64,000 nt of DNA from an uncultured virus (IMG/VR IMGVR_UViG_3300029305_005184) (Duplodnaviria; Heunggongvirae; Uroviricota; Caudoviricetes). Made by a program: the position numbers and the translations under genes. Numbering within the stretch: the first letter of the stretch is position 1; each line of letters begins with the position of its first letter. Under the pieces are notes generated by a model, which saw only the letters and a list, made by a program, of their open reading frames with translations, did not search any database and had not been told where the DNA came from. This document shows, piece by piece, positions 28,298 through 37,412 of this stretch. The stretch lies in the IMG/VR virus record IMGVR_UViG_3300029305_005184. One strand, given 5' to 3'.

Positions 28298-28372
28298 GCT
28301 GGTGTAGCTCAATGGCAGAGCAACTGAGTTGTAATCAGTGGGTTGCGGGTTCAAGTCCTGTCACCAGCTCCA
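28298..28372 (+). tRNA. tRNA-Thr(TGT)
   Basis: GCTGGTG/CACCAGC; ACTGA-GTTGTAA-TCAGT; TCCA end. Confidence 0.9.
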
Positions 28373-28394
28373 ATTACCAAAGGAGGAATGCCTG

Positions 28395-28613
28395 ATGAAC
28401 ACTGAGATCGGCGCAATGATACGCAAGCTCAATGCTGCGCGGCCATACATGACCAGCCAGCAATACCGCACAATCAAAGGACAGATACTGTCCGACGATC
28501 TGCATGGCGCGGACATCGGAATTCGCAGGCTGCTCAATACAGACAGAAAGGATAAAAAGTATGAAATTCACAGCGTCTACCGCGGCGCTGCAAAAGGCGC
28601 TCTCAATCGTTAG
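28395..28613 (+). CDS. hypothetical small phage protein
   Basis: AGGAGG RBS; QQYRTIKGQI. Confidence 0.55.
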   Translation: MNTEIGAMIRKLNAARPYMTSQQYRTIKGQILSDDLHGADIGIRRLLNTDRKDKKYEIHSVYRGAAKGALNR

Positions 28614-29667
28614 CCCGATCACATCCAGCAAAAGTCCGATGAGCATTCTGGGATGTGTGTTGATCGAGGCATACGACAAAGAAATCCGGCTCACTGGCAC
28701 GGATTTATCTATTTCTGCGACTATAACCGTTGACGGCATGGTTTCTGATCCCGGCTGCGCAGCAATCCGTGGAAAGCTGTTTGAGGATGTTGTCAAACGC
28801 ATGCCGGACGGACAGATAACGGTAAATGTCAATGACAAGCATCGCTTCACTGTGCAGGCTGATGAAATTAAGACTTCGCTGAGCGGAGTTGATGCAGCGG
28901 ATTTTCCAGAAAGAAAGACCGTTGAAGAAACCAGCAAAATATCCGTTCCGCAAGCCATGCTCCATGATATGATCTCCAAAGTAGAATCCTGCATCGCGAA
29001 AGATGATATTCGCCCTGTTCTGACCGGCGGATACCTTGAATTGGAAAAGGGCAGGCTTACGATGGTTGGTATGGATGGATTTCGGATGGCTGTAAAAAGC
29101 ACCAACGGACCTATTGAGCCAACGGGATTAAAGGCGATCATTCCGTGGAAATCCCTGGCAATGCTGAAAAAGCTGGTCTCCCCTTCTTCTGAAGAGCTTG
29201 TAACGCTGATGTTCGACAAGAATGCCTTTGAGGTGGTTATCGACGATGCCGAGCTGCACTGCACATTGATCGCTGAAGAATATGTAAAATGGCGCACGGT
29301 TGTTCCTCAGGCATACAATACCGAAGTCACCGTAGATGCATCCAGATTCCGCGATGCTATTGACCGCGCATCGTTAATTGCGCGTCTGGGCAACTCGAAG
29401 CTGATCAAACTAACCGTCAATGACGACGGCATGACCATTTCTGCATCCTCGGACGTTGATGAAATGATCGAGCGCATTGACGCAGAAAAGACCGGCGCGG
29501 ATATATCTATAGCATTCAACGTTGCATTCGTTGTGGATATGATTCGTACCATGCCGGAAGGAAACATCATTTTCAAAATGGTCAAAAATGTCCATCCCTG
29601 CGTAGTAAAGCACGAGGACGATGACGAGTATTTCTGCTTGCTGCTCCCGGTCAGAACTTCGGCGTAG
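28561..29667 (+). CDS. dnaN: DNA polymerase III beta sliding clamp
   Basis: MKF start, LTGTDL, DFP, RPVLTG, DGFRMA, IAFNVAF, LLLPVR; 368 aa. Confidence 0.93.
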   Translation: MKFTASTAALQKALSIVSPITSSKSPMSILGCVLIEAYDKEIRLTGTDLSISATITVDGMVSDPGCAAIRGKLFEDVVKRMPDGQITVNVNDKHRFTVQADEIKTSLSGVDAADFPERKTVEETSKISVPQAMLHDMISKVESCIAKDDIRPVLTGGYLELEKGRLTMVGMDGFRMAVKSTNGPIEPTGLKAIIPWKSLAMLKKLVSPSSEELVTLMFDKNAFEVVIDDAELHCTLIAEEYVKWRTVVPQAYNTEVTVDASRFRDAIDRASLIARLGNSKLIKLTVNDDGMTISASSDVDEMIERIDAEKTGADISIAFNVAFVVDMIRTMPEGNIIFKMVKNVHPCVVKHEDDDEYFCLLLPVRTSA

Positions 29668-29675
29668 GTGAGCTT

Positions 29676-31502
29676 ATGAAAGAAATCGTTGTAGATAATT
29701 TTGCCGGTGGCGGCGGCGCCTCTACCGGGATAGAAAATGCTATCGGCCGAAGTGTTGATATCGCAATCAATCATGATCCAGCCGCGATTGCCATGCACCG
29801 GGCAAATCACCCTACCACCCGCCATTTTTGCGAAGATGTCTGGGAGGTTGACCCGATTGAAGCGTGCAAAGGTGAACCAGTGGCACTTGCGTGGTTTTCG
29901 CCGGATTGCACCCATCACAGCCGCGCGAAAGGCGGAAAACCTGTAGACAAGAATATTCGCGGCCTTGCGTGGGTTGCCGTGCGATGGGCGTACATGGTTC
30001 GCCCTCGCGTGCTGATGCTGGAAAACGTAGAGGAATTTCGTGATTGGGGTCCGCTGGATAAAAAGAGCAGACCCATTAAGGAACGCGCCGGAGAAACCTT
30101 CGATGGCTTCATCCGCGCGCTGACCACGGGAATCTCGGCAACGCATCCGGCTTATGCCGAGATGTGCGATGTTCTCAAAATCGAGCCTGACGGCCAAATG
30201 GCACAAGCTCTGCAAAAGGGTCTCGGCTACGATGTGGATCACCGGCTGCTTCGCGCCTGTGATTATGGCGCACCGACCATACGCAGAAGATTTTTCCTGA
30301 TCGGACGAAGCGACGGCAAACCTATCTCATGGCCGGAACCCACTCATGCGGAACCTGACAGCCTGGAAGTGATCAGCGGTCTCAAAAAACCGTGGGTACC
30401 TGTGGCAGACGTTCTCGATTTCAGCTTGCCATGCCCCTCCATATTTGCCACATCTGAGGAAATAATGGAAAAATACGGCCTTCGGGCGCAACGTCCGCTT
30501 GCTGACGCAACCATGAAGCGCATTGCGCGCGGCGTTATGAAGTTTGTAATCAACAACCCTGAACCATTCATTATTGAGGTCAATCACAGCGGCGATGATT
30601 TTCGCGGTCAGAGCTTGGATGATCCCATGACCACCATTACAGCAAAGCATGGACGTGGTATCGTCGAACCAGTACTTGCCCCTGTGGAGATCAGAAACAA
30701 TCACGGGGCTTCCGGGAATGACGTGCGCGAACCACTGCGCACCATCACTACAGGAGGACACCACATGCTGGTCACGCCGGTTATGATGTGCAATAACGAA
30801 AACGCTGCCGGCAGCGACGTACAAGACCCCATCAATACCATTACCACCGGCGGACACCACATGCTGGTTACGCCGAACCTGATTCAGTATCATGCCGAGC
30901 AAAGCGACGATGTGCGCGGCCAGAGCATAGATCAGCCGCTCATGACCGTGGACACAAGCAACCGATACGGCCTCGTCTCCACCTTCATCAGCAAATTCTA
31001 CGGCGGAGAAAATGTGCAGGCAAGCGGCGTGGACAAACCACTGCCAACCGTTACTGCCATTGACCACAACGTCGTGTGCGCGGTATCTGTAACCCAATTC
31101 AATAATAACAGCGTCGGACAGGAAGTTACCAAGCCCTTGAACACTATAACGGCTCAGACAAATCACTTCGGAGAAGTTCGGGCGTTTCTTGTGAAATACT
31201 ATGGCAACGGTCAAAATGTTTCCTCCTGCAAAAAGCCTTGCCCTACCATCACGGCAAAGGATAGGATGGGGCTTGTGACCATAAGCGGACAGGATTACCA
31301 GATTGTGGATATAGGGCTGCGAATGCTGACTCCGCGAGAGCTGTTCTGCGCTCAAGGTTTTGCAGACGACTATATCATTGAGCAGGATGCGGACGGGAAT
31401 CCGATCTCAAAGGCAAATCAGGTGGATAAATGCGGCAATTCCGTATGTCCGCCCATTCCTGCCGCACTGGTCCGTGTCAATCTGCCGGAGATATGCGCAT
31501 GA
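29676..31502 (+). CDS. DNA (cytosine-5) methyltransferase with repeat-expanded variable region
   Basis: FAGGGG, SPDC, ENV, R.RFF, RMLTPRE..AQGF, GNSV; repeated P-x-x-T-[IV]-T units. Confidence 0.92.
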   Translation: MKEIVVDNFAGGGGASTGIENAIGRSVDIAINHDPAAIAMHRANHPTTRHFCEDVWEVDPIEACKGEPVALAWFSPDCTHHSRAKGGKPVDKNIRGLAWVAVRWAYMVRPRVLMLENVEEFRDWGPLDKKSRPIKERAGETFDGFIRALTTGISATHPAYAEMCDVLKIEPDGQMAQALQKGLGYDVDHRLLRACDYGAPTIRRRFFLIGRSDGKPISWPEPTHAEPDSLEVISGLKKPWVPVADVLDFSLPCPSIFATSEEIMEKYGLRAQRPLADATMKRIARGVMKFVINNPEPFIIEVNHSGDDFRGQSLDDPMTTITAKHGRGIVEPVLAPVEIRNNHGASGNDVREPLRTITTGGHHMLVTPVMMCNNENAAGSDVQDPINTITTGGHHMLVTPNLIQYHAEQSDDVRGQSIDQPLMTVDTSNRYGLVSTFISKFYGGENVQASGVDKPLPTVTAIDHNVVCAVSVTQFNNNSVGQEVTKPLNTITAQTNHFGEVRAFLVKYYGNGQNVSSCKKPCPTITAKDRMGLVTISGQDYQIVDIGLRMLTPRELFCAQGFADDYIIEQDADGNPISKANQVDKCGNSVCPPIPAALVRVNLPEICA

Positions 31503-32326
31503 AGTTCGGTGAGGTAATCTGCGAAGAAAGCATCGCTGCTTATCGTGTGAAACTGATGGATCGAGAACTATCGCAAAACACCATCGACAGCTATATAACG
31601 GCGGTAAGGCAATATCAGGAAGCTCACACGCGTGTTTCCAAAGAAGACATGCTCAGTTGGAAGCGGGAGCTTATGGACACCGGCAAAAAGCCGGGTACTG
31701 TTAATCTGCGATTGGCGGCCATGAATACATGGTGCCGGATGTTCGATATCCGCGAAGCGGAGGTAAGAACACTGAAGATCCATCAAGCGTCCGCAATCGA
31801 CAATGTGATTACGCAGGAGGATTACGCCAAACTGTGCAAGTGCCTGAACGACGATAATCCACGCTGGTATTTCAATATACGGCTGCTAGCGGCCACCGGC
31901 GCAAGGGTGAGCGAATACATCAAGCTCACCAAAGCTGATTTTGATCGCGGTTATGCTGAGATGTGGACAAAAGGCAAAATCAGGCGCATCTATATTCCAA
32001 AGTCGTTTATAACAGAAGCTCAGGGGTACTACAAAAACTTGCAGCCTCACGAGATGCTGGTGCAATCCATACATGGCAAACCAATCACAACACGCGGGGT
32101 TTCCGAAAACCTTCTTCGGTTTGCTGAAAAGTATGGAATTGACAAAAGAGTTATGCACCCACACTCCTTCAGACATCTGTTCGCGCTCAATTTCCTGTCA
32201 AAAAACAATAACCTTTCCTTATTGGCTGATATAATGGGGCACTCCAGCGTTTCTACGACGGCGATATATACGCGAATGACCAAACAACAGCAAGCGACGG
32301 CGGTGGACGAGATCGTGAACTGGTAA
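31499..32326 (+). CDS. second tyrosine recombinase (XerD-like)
   Basis: TGARVSE, KGK, HPHSFRH, MGHSS..TT.IY; ATGA overlap with the methyltransferase stop. Confidence 0.9.
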   Translation: MKFGEVICEESIAAYRVKLMDRELSQNTIDSYITAVRQYQEAHTRVSKEDMLSWKRELMDTGKKPGTVNLRLAAMNTWCRMFDIREAEVRTLKIHQASAIDNVITQEDYAKLCKCLNDDNPRWYFNIRLLAATGARVSEYIKLTKADFDRGYAEMWTKGKIRRIYIPKSFITEAQGYYKNLQPHEMLVQSIHGKPITTRGVSENLLRFAEKYGIDKRVMHPHSFRHLFALNFLSKNNNLSLLADIMGHSSVSTTAIYTRMTKQQQATAVDEIVNW

Positions 32327-32354
32327 ATAAGGCTTACAAGTTTGAGGTGTTGCA

Positions 32355-32699
32355 ATGATCATCCCATTCATTCCGATAATTTTTAATGCGGCCAGAAGAA
32401 AAACTGAACCTCAGAACGAAGAAAATTCAAAAGAATATCTGCTCGATCAAATCAAGCGCGCCATGCCGGTGCTTGGCGAAGAACAGGTTCAGCGCGTGGC
32501 TGATATTGCCAGAATGATGTCTGAAAACATGATGGTGACAACCGAAAATGCCATGTACTACATACTGGGCATTTGCGCAGGGACGGGACCATCTGAAAAA
32601 CTGGACGATAAACTGGATAAGATCAAGTGCAGAATCGAAGAAAACGCGCCACGAAGCGTATTTGACAAAAGAAAGGAGCTGTGGCCAAATGAAAGATGA
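32355..32699 (+). CDS. hypothetical protein
   Basis: GAGGTG RBS. Confidence 0.55.
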   Translation: MIIPFIPIIFNAARRKTEPQNEENSKEYLLDQIKRAMPVLGEEQVQRVADIARMMSENMMVTTENAMYYILGICAGTGPSEKLDDKLDKIKCRIEENAPRSVFDKRKELWPNER

Positions 32700-33552
32700 C
32701 ATCAAGATCGAACAAACGGTAACTGAATCGAAACCTGAGCGCGACAGCTGCCACGGCTGCGCTCACGATCTGGGCGGCGGTTGCTGCGGCGCTCATCTGG
32801 AGCATGAGTGCGCCGCCGGTGGCGGATATGAAGCATTCCAACCCAAGCAGCCTGAGAAAAGTAACCCGGAGAATACTGAGAAAAAGCAAGCTCGAAACGA
32901 TATGGCGCATGCTTGTATTGAAGGCATTCTTGCCGAACCCATTTCCTACAGCCATACGTCTTTCGGCAGAACGTTCTACCGCTGCGCTGTCAATGTCGCA
33001 CGGCTCTCCGGCACGATAGACAATGTGCCGATCATCATTCCCGGCGATCTGCTTGCGCCCATCAACATCAATCAGACTGCTCCTGGCGTGCGAATGCACG
33101 TCGAAGGCAGCTTGCGCGTTTACCCGGATGCCCATGCGGATTACCTGCGAACGATAGTTGCTGTTTATGCCTGCAAATTGGAGATCAAAAGCGATGAAAA
33201 ACCAAAAATCTGCAAGGACATCGACATCAACAGCATCCGCATCGTCGGCACGATCTGCCGTGCGCCGTCGTATAGAATAACACCCTTCGGCCGCGAGATA
33301 TGCGACATCATGATTGCGGTGCGCCGCGGCACTTACGGAAAGGTAGATACCATTCCCTGCATTGCGTGGGGTTCTGCAGCCAAGAACGCAAGCAAGATGG
33401 CAAATGGCGAATCAATCAGCATCACAGGTCGCTTTCAATCCAGAATCTATGAAAAACAGGTCGAAGGCGAAGAACTCCGAAAATTGTGCGCCCGTGAAAT
33501 ATCCATCTTCCATCTGAACCCTTCCGATGAAACTGAAGAAAATCCAAAGTGA
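32689..33552 (+). CDS. tandem-OB-fold single-stranded DNA-binding protein
   Basis: RLSGTIDNVP; YRITPFGREICDIMIAV; DTIPCIAWG; GRFQSRIYEK. Confidence 0.85.
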   Translation: MKDDIKIEQTVTESKPERDSCHGCAHDLGGGCCGAHLEHECAAGGGYEAFQPKQPEKSNPENTEKKQARNDMAHACIEGILAEPISYSHTSFGRTFYRCAVNVARLSGTIDNVPIIIPGDLLAPININQTAPGVRMHVEGSLRVYPDAHADYLRTIVAVYACKLEIKSDEKPKICKDIDINSIRIVGTICRAPSYRITPFGREICDIMIAVRRGTYGKVDTIPCIAWGSAAKNASKMANGESISITGRFQSRIYEKQVEGEELRKLCAREISIFHLNPSDETEENPK

Positions 33553-33574
33553 GCCTATCGTGGCTCACTTTTTT
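33549..33574 (+). terminator. intrinsic terminator
   Basis: GTGAGCC-TATCGT-GGCTCAC-TTTTT. Confidence 0.8.
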
Positions 33575-33607
33575 CTGCATTTTCTTCAAAACAATTACTT
33601 TTTACTA

Positions 33608-33636
33608 TTGACAGAAAGTAATTTAGAGTATATAAT
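33608..33636 (+). promoter_or_regulatory. consensus sigmaA promoter without the GCCCC operator
   Basis: TTGACA-17 bp-TATAAT ahead of a run of small genes. Confidence 0.75.
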
Positions 33637-33676
33637 AAATCCATCAACAGGAGAACACAGACAAGGAGAAAGAACA

Positions 33677-33826
33677 ATGACCACACGCGAACTGAGAAAG
33701 ATGCTGTTTGAAGTAGAAAATCAGGAACTGACCATCAAGGAGCTGCGCGACATCCTGTTTCAGGTTGAAGATCAGGACAAAGAACTGACCGATACCGCAA
33801 TCAAGCGCCTGACTTACAACAAGTGA
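33677..33826 (+). CDS. small protein with internal duplication
   Basis: AAGGAG RBS; ELRKMLFEVENQE / ELRDILFQVEDQD. Confidence 0.65.
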   Translation: MTTRELRKMLFEVENQELTIKELRDILFQVEDQDKELTDTAIKRLTYNK

Positions 33827-33844
33827 GAACGGAGGACGGGAACG

Positions 33845-34006
33845 ATGGCAGTTATCATTGAGATCAAAGTAAATGGCGAATGGAAGCTCTGGCAGAAATA
33901 CGATCAGTGCGCTATGGGGCACACCCCCAAAGAGAGAGCTGAAATGGGCATGAAGGTTGCAAGCTGCTATGGCGAGTGCAGAATGATTGAAATTGAGAGC
34001 AAGTAA
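33845..34006 (+). CDS. small hypothetical protein (not in ORF track)
   Basis: GGAGG RBS; 53 aa MAVIIEIKVNGEWK... Confidence 0.55.
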   Translation: MAVIIEIKVNGEWKLWQKYDQCAMGHTPKERAEMGMKVASCYGECRMIEIESK

Positions 34007-34019
34007 AGAGGAAATAAAA

Positions 34020-34265
34020 ATGAAGAAGTTCGAGAGCTTAAAAGTGAGCGAGATCAAAAAGGCAGAAAAGGTTGCAAATGAATATTTCAACCGTAATGAT
34101 TGCAAGGTCACAGGTTATTCTTCTCAAAAAAGCGATATCGAAGGTTTCTACGACGTAGATTGTGAGATTTGCTTCAATTATGAAGAACGCGCCCCTTACG
34201 ACGTACTGGTTTCTGTAATGATAACAGATCGCCGCCGCAGCTTTGCAACCATTAAAACGTGGTAA
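34020..34265 (+). CDS. hypothetical protein
   Basis: GAGG RBS before MKKFES. Confidence 0.6.
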   Translation: MKKFESLKVSEIKKAEKVANEYFNRNDCKVTGYSSQKSDIEGFYDVDCEICFNYEERAPYDVLVSVMITDRRRSFATIKTW

Positions 34266-34267
34266 TA

Positions 34268-34323
34268 GCCGAAACGCCTTTGGGTGTCACCGTGAGCTGC
34301 CCCACACGGTCTGATGATGGCAG
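34268..34323 (+). ncRNA. type II hammerhead ribozyme
   Basis: GCC-GAAA-CGCC(TTTG)GGTG-TC-ACCGTG(loop)CACGGT-CTGATGA-T-GGC: all core nucleotides and three stems; intergenic. Confidence 0.85.
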
Positions 34324-34342
34324 GACAGAAAGGATGATCACA

Positions 34343-34732
34343 ATGAAGGAAGCTAAACTGAAGATCGCCAAAGAGTTCATCGGAAAATACACTGAATGGC
34401 TGGGCGACTACAACAACCCCGAGCTGCCCGATAAGGAATACGGGAAGAAGTACGGCTGGGGCAGAGGCGCATTGGAAATGAAGGACACCCAGAAATCCAT
34501 GCTTTGGTTCCAGAGTCACATCTTCAGTGGCAAGTACATCTGGCAGTGGAAAAAAGATGGCATCGAACTGCAAACGCTTGTTGGACTTCACCGCGATGGT
34601 TTCCTTTCCTATGACTTCTATTCTTCACATCGGGCAAGAATGTTGGGAAAAACGGATTTCTACTACATCAGCCAGAACAAAGCAAAGGAAATCTACAAGG
34701 CGTACAAAAACGGTTTCTTTGCTGAAGTATAA
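34343..34732 (+). CDS. hypothetical protein
   Basis: AAAGGA RBS right after the ribozyme. Confidence 0.7.
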   Translation: MKEAKLKIAKEFIGKYTEWLGDYNNPELPDKEYGKKYGWGRGALEMKDTQKSMLWFQSHIFSGKYIWQWKKDGIELQTLVGLHRDGFLSYDFYSSHRARMLGKTDFYYISQNKAKEIYKAYKNGFFAEV

Positions 34733-34776
34733 CCAACGGCCCGCCGGGAGCCTATCCCGGCAGAAAGGGCAGAACC

Positions 34777-34953
34777 ATGAAGATCATCACCAAGAAGTAC
34801 CTCACCGCCTTCTATGGCGTTACCGGCAGCGTAACAACGTATGCGGACGGCTCCGCTCGCCTGAAGATCAAACAAGCCGGAAAATTGCTGCATAACAAGG
34901 TTCACAAGAGCGAAAGAGCTGCTATGTCTGCGTGGTATAGAGCAAACGCATAA
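34777..34953 (+). CDS. small basic hypothetical protein (not in ORF track)
   Basis: 58 aa MKIITKKYLTAFYG... Confidence 0.55.
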   Translation: MKIITKKYLTAFYGVTGSVTTYADGSARLKIKQAGKLLHNKVHKSERAAMSAWYRANA

Positions 34954-34968
34954 TAAGGAGAAAAAATC

Positions 34969-35313
34969 ATGAGAGAGCATATTGAGATTATGCGACACAA
35001 TGTAACCCCTGCTCAGTTCCTTGCTTATGTCCGTGATCAGCTTAAGAAGAAAGGGCTTCGCGATATTTCGTCCGATCTCGATCTTGATTATTTCCGGCGC
35101 GGCAATGATCTAAATTTTAATATCAACAACAGTAATGATCCGGGAAAACCATGCAAAATTGAGAAGTCCGTCTCGCGTCCTTATGAGATGCAGACCTACG
35201 TTCTCTACTGGGATGGCAGTTGCTATAATGAGATTTGTGAATTTTCTTTTGATAACGAAAAAACAGGTACCGGGTACTACTATCTATCCAATAGCATTGT
35301 AGCCACTGCATAG
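34969..35313 (+). CDS. hypothetical protein
   Basis: AAGGAG RBS. Confidence 0.7.
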   Translation: MREHIEIMRHNVTPAQFLAYVRDQLKKKGLRDISSDLDLDYFRRGNDLNFNINNSNDPGKPCKIEKSVSRPYEMQTYVLYWDGSCYNEICEFSFDNEKTGTGYYYLSNSIVATA

Positions 35314-35319
35314 AAAGGA

Positions 35320-35535
35320 TTGGGTGACATGAAGGAATTGACAATTATCCGAGAACTTAACGAAGATACCCGAAAACAAGACATCTGGATGAGGATCGAC
35401 GGTAAAACGATGCTATTCACCTTACACATCACGGGAAATGATGAAGTGATCGTTACAGACAACCGCGATTTCACAAAGATATATAGCGTCCAATCTCTCG
35501 ACTTCTACATTATGCTGAGCAAGCAGGATGAATAA
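35320..35535 (+). CDS. hypothetical protein
   Basis: In operon. Confidence 0.55.
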   Translation: MGDMKELTIIRELNEDTRKQDIWMRIDGKTMLFTLHITGNDEVIVTDNRDFTKIYSVQSLDFYIMLSKQDE

Positions 35536-35890
35536 AGGGGGATGCAAGGTGAAAGACATTAAAAAAATCGTCGAATGGCTGTGTTGCTACTGTACACGCG
35601 GCACTCTGGAAGATATTGCCCAGCGTAACGGTTACAAAAATCCGCGGCATATCGACAGAACAAAATTGGAACAAATTGCGTACATAGATTCTATGTTGTG
35701 CGATGCGTCGAAAACGCACTATAAAATCGTCGATGACGTAACGCAGGAAATTCTTGTGAAACGGTGCTGCACAAAATACATGATCGACTATGTGCTGCGC
35801 GAGTGCTGGTTTAACTGGTTTGATGAAGCAGAGAAGCCGGTACACAAGGAAAGTCACCATGAACTGAGAATCATCCCCTGCCAAAGTTGA
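35528..35890 (+). CDS. hypothetical protein
   Basis: In operon. Confidence 0.55.
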   Translation: MNKGGCKVKDIKKIVEWLCCYCTRGTLEDIAQRNGYKNPRHIDRTKLEQIAYIDSMLCDASKTHYKIVDDVTQEILVKRCCTKYMIDYVLRECWFNWFDEAEKPVHKESHHELRIIPCQS

Positions 35891-36093
35891 GTAAGCAATC
35901 AAAAACAATCACAAAGGAGAAAGCAGCAATGGCATACAAGCGTTCTTACATCTGGGCATACCTCGACGGGAAAAAGCTGGTGGAAGTAATTCAGGCAGCT
36001 TTGGACAATAACATGATGGTTTCTGACCTGAAGCAGAAGTTGATCGACGAAAACCCCGGCCATGAAGTGACCTTCAAGGTAATTAGACGCTGA
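35887..36093 (+). CDS. hypothetical protein
   Basis: AAGGAG RBS; likely start MAYKRS. Confidence 0.6.
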   Translation: MSKQSKTITKEKAAMAYKRSYIWAYLDGKKLVEVIQAALDNNMMVSDLKQKLIDENPGHEVTFKVIRR

Positions 36094-36244
36094 GCGCGAC
36101 AAAATCGGCAAATATGTGTAGTTTGGGCAACATTGATGCTCTGTAACCTTTTCTACAACAAAAGGCGTAAAATGTCGCCTGCACCAGTTGTAGCACTTTT
36201 GCTACATTCCGCTAAAAAACGCCCCGGATGTTCGATTTGCGAAC

Positions 36245-36529
36245 ATGACGCTATATAAACACACCAAAGGAGATGCGATGATGAAGAAACTGAACTATGT
36301 AATCACCTGTGAAAAGGCAACCAAGAACCGAAACTTCGACGCTGTCGTGATTCGCGAAAAAGATTCCGGCGAACTGAATGCCATGTTCCCGATCATCAAA
36401 GAGGAGACCGGCGTTCTGGAAACGGTGAATATGGCTTTCCTGAGATACCTCCAGCACCTTGTAAACGACTTTGATGCGAACATATCCTGGAGCATCTATT
36501 CGGACGTACTCAATCGCACAGACAATTAA
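36245..36529 (+). CDS. hypothetical protein
   Basis: AAGGAG RBS before MMKKLN. Confidence 0.6.
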   Translation: MTLYKHTKGDAMMKKLNYVITCEKATKNRNFDAVVIREKDSGELNAMFPIIKEETGVLETVNMAFLRYLQHLVNDFDANISWSIYSDVLNRTDN

Positions 36530-36540
36530 GGAGGAATACC

Positions 36541-36771
36541 ATGCGCACCACATCAAAGAAATATCACTTTACGATCTATGCAGAGAAAGACCTTCCGGGA
36601 ATCTATGAAGGCGGCGTCAATAAATTCTCCTGCAACTGCAAGTCGATTCAGGGCGCAGAGAATTACGCCCGAAAAATCGCATCCATCGGCGCCGATTTGG
36701 CGAAACCCATCCGCTGCGAAATCACTTACAAAACCCAGCGAGGCATTCAGACCCGCGAAATCACATTCTGA
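36541..36771 (+). CDS. hypothetical protein
   Basis: AAGGAGG RBS. Confidence 0.65.
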   Translation: MRTTSKKYHFTIYAEKDLPGIYEGGVNKFSCNCKSIQGAENYARKIASIGADLAKPIRCEITYKTQRGIQTREITF

Positions 36772-36789
36772 GGCAAGGAGCATGAGGAC

Positions 36790-36948
36790 ATGCCGAGATA
36801 CCGAGTGACGGCCTGTTACTACGAAACGGCTGATTTCGATGCCGAGAGTGAAGAACAGGCAATCGAGATGGCACGAAAGAACATCCGGCTCCCGGGCGGA
36901 CACTCCTTCGACGAATACGAAGCCGAGTGCCTGGATGAAGACGAATAA
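36790..36948 (+). CDS. small acidic protein (DpnD/PcfM-like pattern; not in ORF track)
   Basis: MPRYRVT...DAESEEQAIEMA. Confidence 0.5.
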   Translation: MPRYRVTACYYETADFDAESEEQAIEMARKNIRLPGGHSFDEYEAECLDEDE

Positions 36949-36968
36949 CTTACGAAAGGACGATCACA

Positions 36969-37412
36969 ATGTACGCAGTAAAACTTAAAACCAATCTGGA
37001 AATCGAGATGGTGGAAATTCCGGCAAATAAGTCGTTTATTGATTTTTGCCATGAGCAGATCGGATGCGACACTGTGGAAAGGGTACACCCCCGCAATCTG
37101 GAAGAACCTTATGTGATGATGATCGACGAAGAAGGTCTGATGACGGCAAAACCGATTATCAACTTCATCGGGTCATATCTCTACGGCACCCATGAACATC
37201 AGCAGCCCATTGTAGGAGACGCCTTGATCGCGATACAGAACGGACCAAACATCGGCGGCATGAGTTTTGAAAAAGCACAAGTCATGCTGATCAAGATGTC
37301 TGCAATCAGCACAATGGCCTACAAAAAGGTCTGGCGAGCAATGGCTCACCTTCTGCATCCGATGGAAGAAGCACAGATCCACCCTGACCCGGGCAACGGC
37401 TTTTTATGTTGA
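36969..37412 (+). CDS. DUF3846-like protein
   Basis: IGCDTVE, MMIDEEGL, N..S.LYG, IVGDALI. Confidence 0.7.
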   Translation: MYAVKLKTNLEIEMVEIPANKSFIDFCHEQIGCDTVERVHPRNLEEPYVMMIDEEGLMTAKPIINFIGSYLYGTHEHQQPIVGDALIAIQNGPNIGGMSFEKAQVMLIKMSAISTMAYKKVWRAMAHLLHPMEEAQIHPDPGNGFLC

